Source: Spirochaetia bacterium
GTDB taxonomy: Bacteria > Spirochaetota > Spirochaetia > UBA9216
NCBI GenBank assembly: GCA_965140585.1
Contig: OZ223269.1
Coordinates: forward strand, 416,001 to 480,000
Direction: 5' to 3'
Length of the DNA stretch: 64,000 bases
Position 1 is the stretch's first letter; each line of letters begins with the position of its first letter. Made by a program: the position numbers and the translations under genes. The notes below the pieces were generated by a model. That model was not told the DNA's origin, ran no database searches, and saw only the letters and a program-made list of their open reading frames with translations. Shown in pieces: positions 61,695 to 64,000 of the stretch.

Positions 61695-62204
61695 TTATCC
61701 TTCAATTTCACTAAGAAGAGCATCAAATAAGGTCATCATATCTTCATTTGTTTTTCTGAGTCTTCCTGCAACAATCTTAGCAAGCGCCCTGGTAATTGGA
61801 AGGCCTATCTCAGGGTTGTTGTTTCCAAGATTGAGGAAGTCCGACTTGCCTATGACAAGGACTTCGCAGTTTTCAGTAGCGACTACAGAGGCCGATCGCT
61901 TATCATCATCGATCAGAGCCATTTCCCCGATGAAAATATTAAATTCGGCTCTAAGATTTACTACAACATAATCATCACCGGAACGGGTTCTTTTTAAAAT
62001 ATTTACTGCACCCTCAAGAAGAATAAAAAGCTCATCACCAGTTTCAGCTTCTGTAATTATATGATCGCCCTTATGGAATTTCTTTGTAGAACAGATCGAT
62101 GTGATCTTTTCCATGGCTTCATCGTTGTCTTTTATTGCTTCAAAAAGAGGTATGCTTTTCAGTTTTTCAAGATGCAGCGCACTTGCCTGGGAGCGAATTC
62201 CCAT
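61695..62204 (-). CDS. stand-alone cyclic nucleotide-binding protein
   Basis: LFILLEGAV, GEMALI...RSASV.A; no HTH. Confidence 0.9.
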   Translation of the reverse strand: MGIRSQASALHLEKLKSIPLFEAIKDNDEAMEKITSICSTKKFHKGDHIITEAETGDELFILLEGAVNILKRTRSGDDYVVVNLRAEFNIFIGEMALIDDDKRSASVVATENCEVLVIGKSDFLNLGNNNPEIGLPITRALAKIVAGRLRKTNEDMMTLFDALLSEIEG

Positions 62205-62216
62205 AAGTCAATCCTC

Positions 62217-63419
62217 CTAAACCACCGCTTCGGATTCTTCCGAAAGCATGAAGCTTGTTTTACCTATAATAATTCCTTTCGAATATTTCTGGATAATATA
62301 ATCATCACCCGGGATAAAAACTGGTTTATTCAGGGACAAATCCTTAACACCCTGCAGGTTTGTAACCAGTTTTGAAATATCCGGGGTTTTCTGAGCTTCC
62401 CGCAGAGCTCCCATCTTTACGTTATTGGGAGAACCTGTATTTTCCAGAATTCCTATAAGAATTTTATCATCTGACAGATGCATGTCTTCTTTGTATTCTT
62501 TGAAAGTTTTACCTACGAAATCAGTTATCATATCGGTTGTAGATATCTGAATGGGTGAAGATGTGTTTGAAATCAGGTCGGTCAGAATGTTTGAAAGACC
62601 GTTTGTAATGGTTGTTCCAGCCAGCATCTGTCTGTTCAGATCCCTTGGAAACAGAATCTCATCGCACATTGCGTTTCTCAGGTAGGGTTCATATTTCCGG
62701 TCAACAAGTTCTGCGCAGACATAGAGATCTTTCGACAGAGTTTTTATTGTGAGCACCGTCATTACAGTTTTTGAATCAGCCTCTGAAGCACCAACGCTTT
62801 CAACTGTATCGGCAAGCACGATAGCCTTTGCGGCTCCCATTATATTGGCCCGTTTCAGGGTATCTTCAGAAAAATAATCGCCTCTAATGTATTTAACCTT
62901 TTTGAGTTCGGGTGTTTCCTTTAATGCTTCAATCTTTTCTGTTTCAATATTTGATATGATAACGATCTTTTCCGGCTGTGTGGAATCTGATAGAAGCAGG
63001 ATGTCTTTGAGAATGTCGCTCATATTACTTTTCCATCCGCATATTACCAGATGGCCGCTGAGTTTTGGGAAGTCCATTAATCCTCTCCTGGCTCTTGTAT
63101 TTCTTTCAACAAAAACTGACGCGAAGGTACCTGAAAGTAAACTCATAAGGGCCATACCGAAGAAAATGGAAATGAGTGTTATAAATCTTCCGGGCATGGT
63201 CACCGGAGACTTGTCTCCGTAACCGATTGTACTGAATGTAATTACAGCCCACCAGATACCATCGAAAAAGTTTTCAAACTGGTCGTTTCTGCCGAACTCG
63301 ATAATTGTAACTATTCCGCCGGTACCGACGAAAAGCATTGTGAACATTATACCGAGTCTGTAGAATGGAGACTCTGTCATTGTGTCGTAAAACTGTCTGA
63401 ATTTTTTTCTTAGATTCAT
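62217..63419 (-). CDS. 2-TM potassium channel with RCK (TrkA-N) domain
   Basis: Pore helix/filter WWAVITFSTIGYGD; GHLVICGW RCK motif. Confidence 0.92.
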   Translation of the reverse strand: MNLRKKFRQFYDTMTESPFYRLGIMFTMLFVGTGGIVTIIEFGRNDQFENFFDGIWWAVITFSTIGYGDKSPVTMPGRFITLISIFFGMALMSLLSGTFASVFVERNTRARRGLMDFPKLSGHLVICGWKSNMSDILKDILLLSDSTQPEKIVIISNIETEKIEALKETPELKKVKYIRGDYFSEDTLKRANIMGAAKAIVLADTVESVGASEADSKTVMTVLTIKTLSKDLYVCAELVDRKYEPYLRNAMCDEILFPRDLNRQMLAGTTITNGLSNILTDLISNTSSPIQISTTDMITDFVGKTFKEYKEDMHLSDDKILIGILENTGSPNNVKMGALREAQKTPDISKLVTNLQGVKDLSLNKPVFIPGDDYIIQKYSKGIIIGKTSFMLSEESEAVV

Positions 63420-63471
63420 TTTCTACATATGATTTTAAACAAAGCAGAGACTATTAGCAAGCGAAATATTT

Positions 63472-63663
63472 TTAAGATTTGGACCAGCGTTTATTTCTGA
63501 GTCTGCAAATATTATCAAGATCTTTCTCTGTAAAGCAGATATTTCTCGGTCCGATTTTAGTTCCGATATTATGATTCCGGTGGTACTGCTGCATCGTTGA
63601 TGAGCTTAAGCCGATCTTCCTGCCTCCGGTAACGGTACTGTATATTTTAATCTCTTTTTGCAT
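63472..63663 (-). CDS. small MerR/excisionase-type HTH protein (putative)
   Basis: IYST..GG.KIGLSSSTMQQY....IG.K...N..FTEKDLDNI fits the MerR-like YS..E.A...GVS..TLR.Y...F...D pattern; basic. Confidence 0.55.
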   Translation of the reverse strand: MQKEIKIYSTVTGGRKIGLSSSTMQQYHRNHNIGTKIGPRNICFTEKDLDNICRLRNKRWSKS

Positions 63664-63800
63664 ACAGGGTAAAGTATTATGCGAAATCGATTACATTACA
63701 AGGATATATATAAAAAAACAGCGTAGAAAAAAAATTGTTGCAGACAAATTATTATCACGTTAACATCATAACAGGTTGATTATTACTTGCGGAGGTAGCT

Positions 63801-63998
63801 GTGCTTGTTGAACTGTCTATTGAGGAGTTCTGTATTATCAGCAGCGGACTGAATGAATTTGAGGCGTCCTGGAAGTCTGTCTGTGATACACGTCCGAATG
63901 ATTTAAATTCAAGAGATGAGCTTCAGAAAATTGAATCTCTGAAGACCCGGATAAATAAACTTTATAATATTTCCAAGCTTCTGAACCTGTGTTCTTAA
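63801..63998 (+). CDS. small hypothetical protein
   Basis: GGAGG RBS before GTG; 65-aa helical ORF. Confidence 0.6.
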   Translation: MLVELSIEEFCIISSGLNEFEASWKSVCDTRPNDLNSRDELQKIESLKTRINKLYNISKLLNLCS

Positions 63999-64000
63999 TA

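Noticed and set aside
63731-63780. Rex/Crp-like palindromes in the last spacer
   Set aside because: Only partial matches in AT-rich DNA; not distinguishable from chance.

Overview
Gene-dense bacterial chromosome segment with about 60 CDS. I saw no rRNA, tRNA, CRISPR array or transposase. The host is inferred to be a free-living anaerobic spirochaete, from spirochaete-style cysS, pfp and lipoboxes plus a FlaA-like remnant. Most genes are housekeeping: paaK end, ABC-F, nifS-nifU-cysK-cysE, fadD, pfp, manA, asnS, arcA, DAHP synthase, metY-metA, two ackA, mgtE, murB, cysS, valS and a MoxR trio. The best novelty candidate is a second CysRS-like gene (12994-14229) that lacks the anticodon-binding domain and has a remodelled Zn/thiol site. 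It is followed by a VOC-family gene, while a canonical cysS lies 32 kb away, which suggests a tRNA-independent ligase of unknown substrate. Other points of interest are an AT-rich decaying patch (about 8250-12590) with a FlaA-like remnant, a broken CheB-CheR-PAS-kinase gene and a methyltransferase remnant; an unannotated 44-aa exported-type peptide with its own promoter; a degenerate PIMT with a signal peptide; a K+ channel-cNMP-GGDEF operon; a Campylobacterota-like NIF system; and many apparently leaderless genes. All family calls come from motif recognition and memory, not from database searches.
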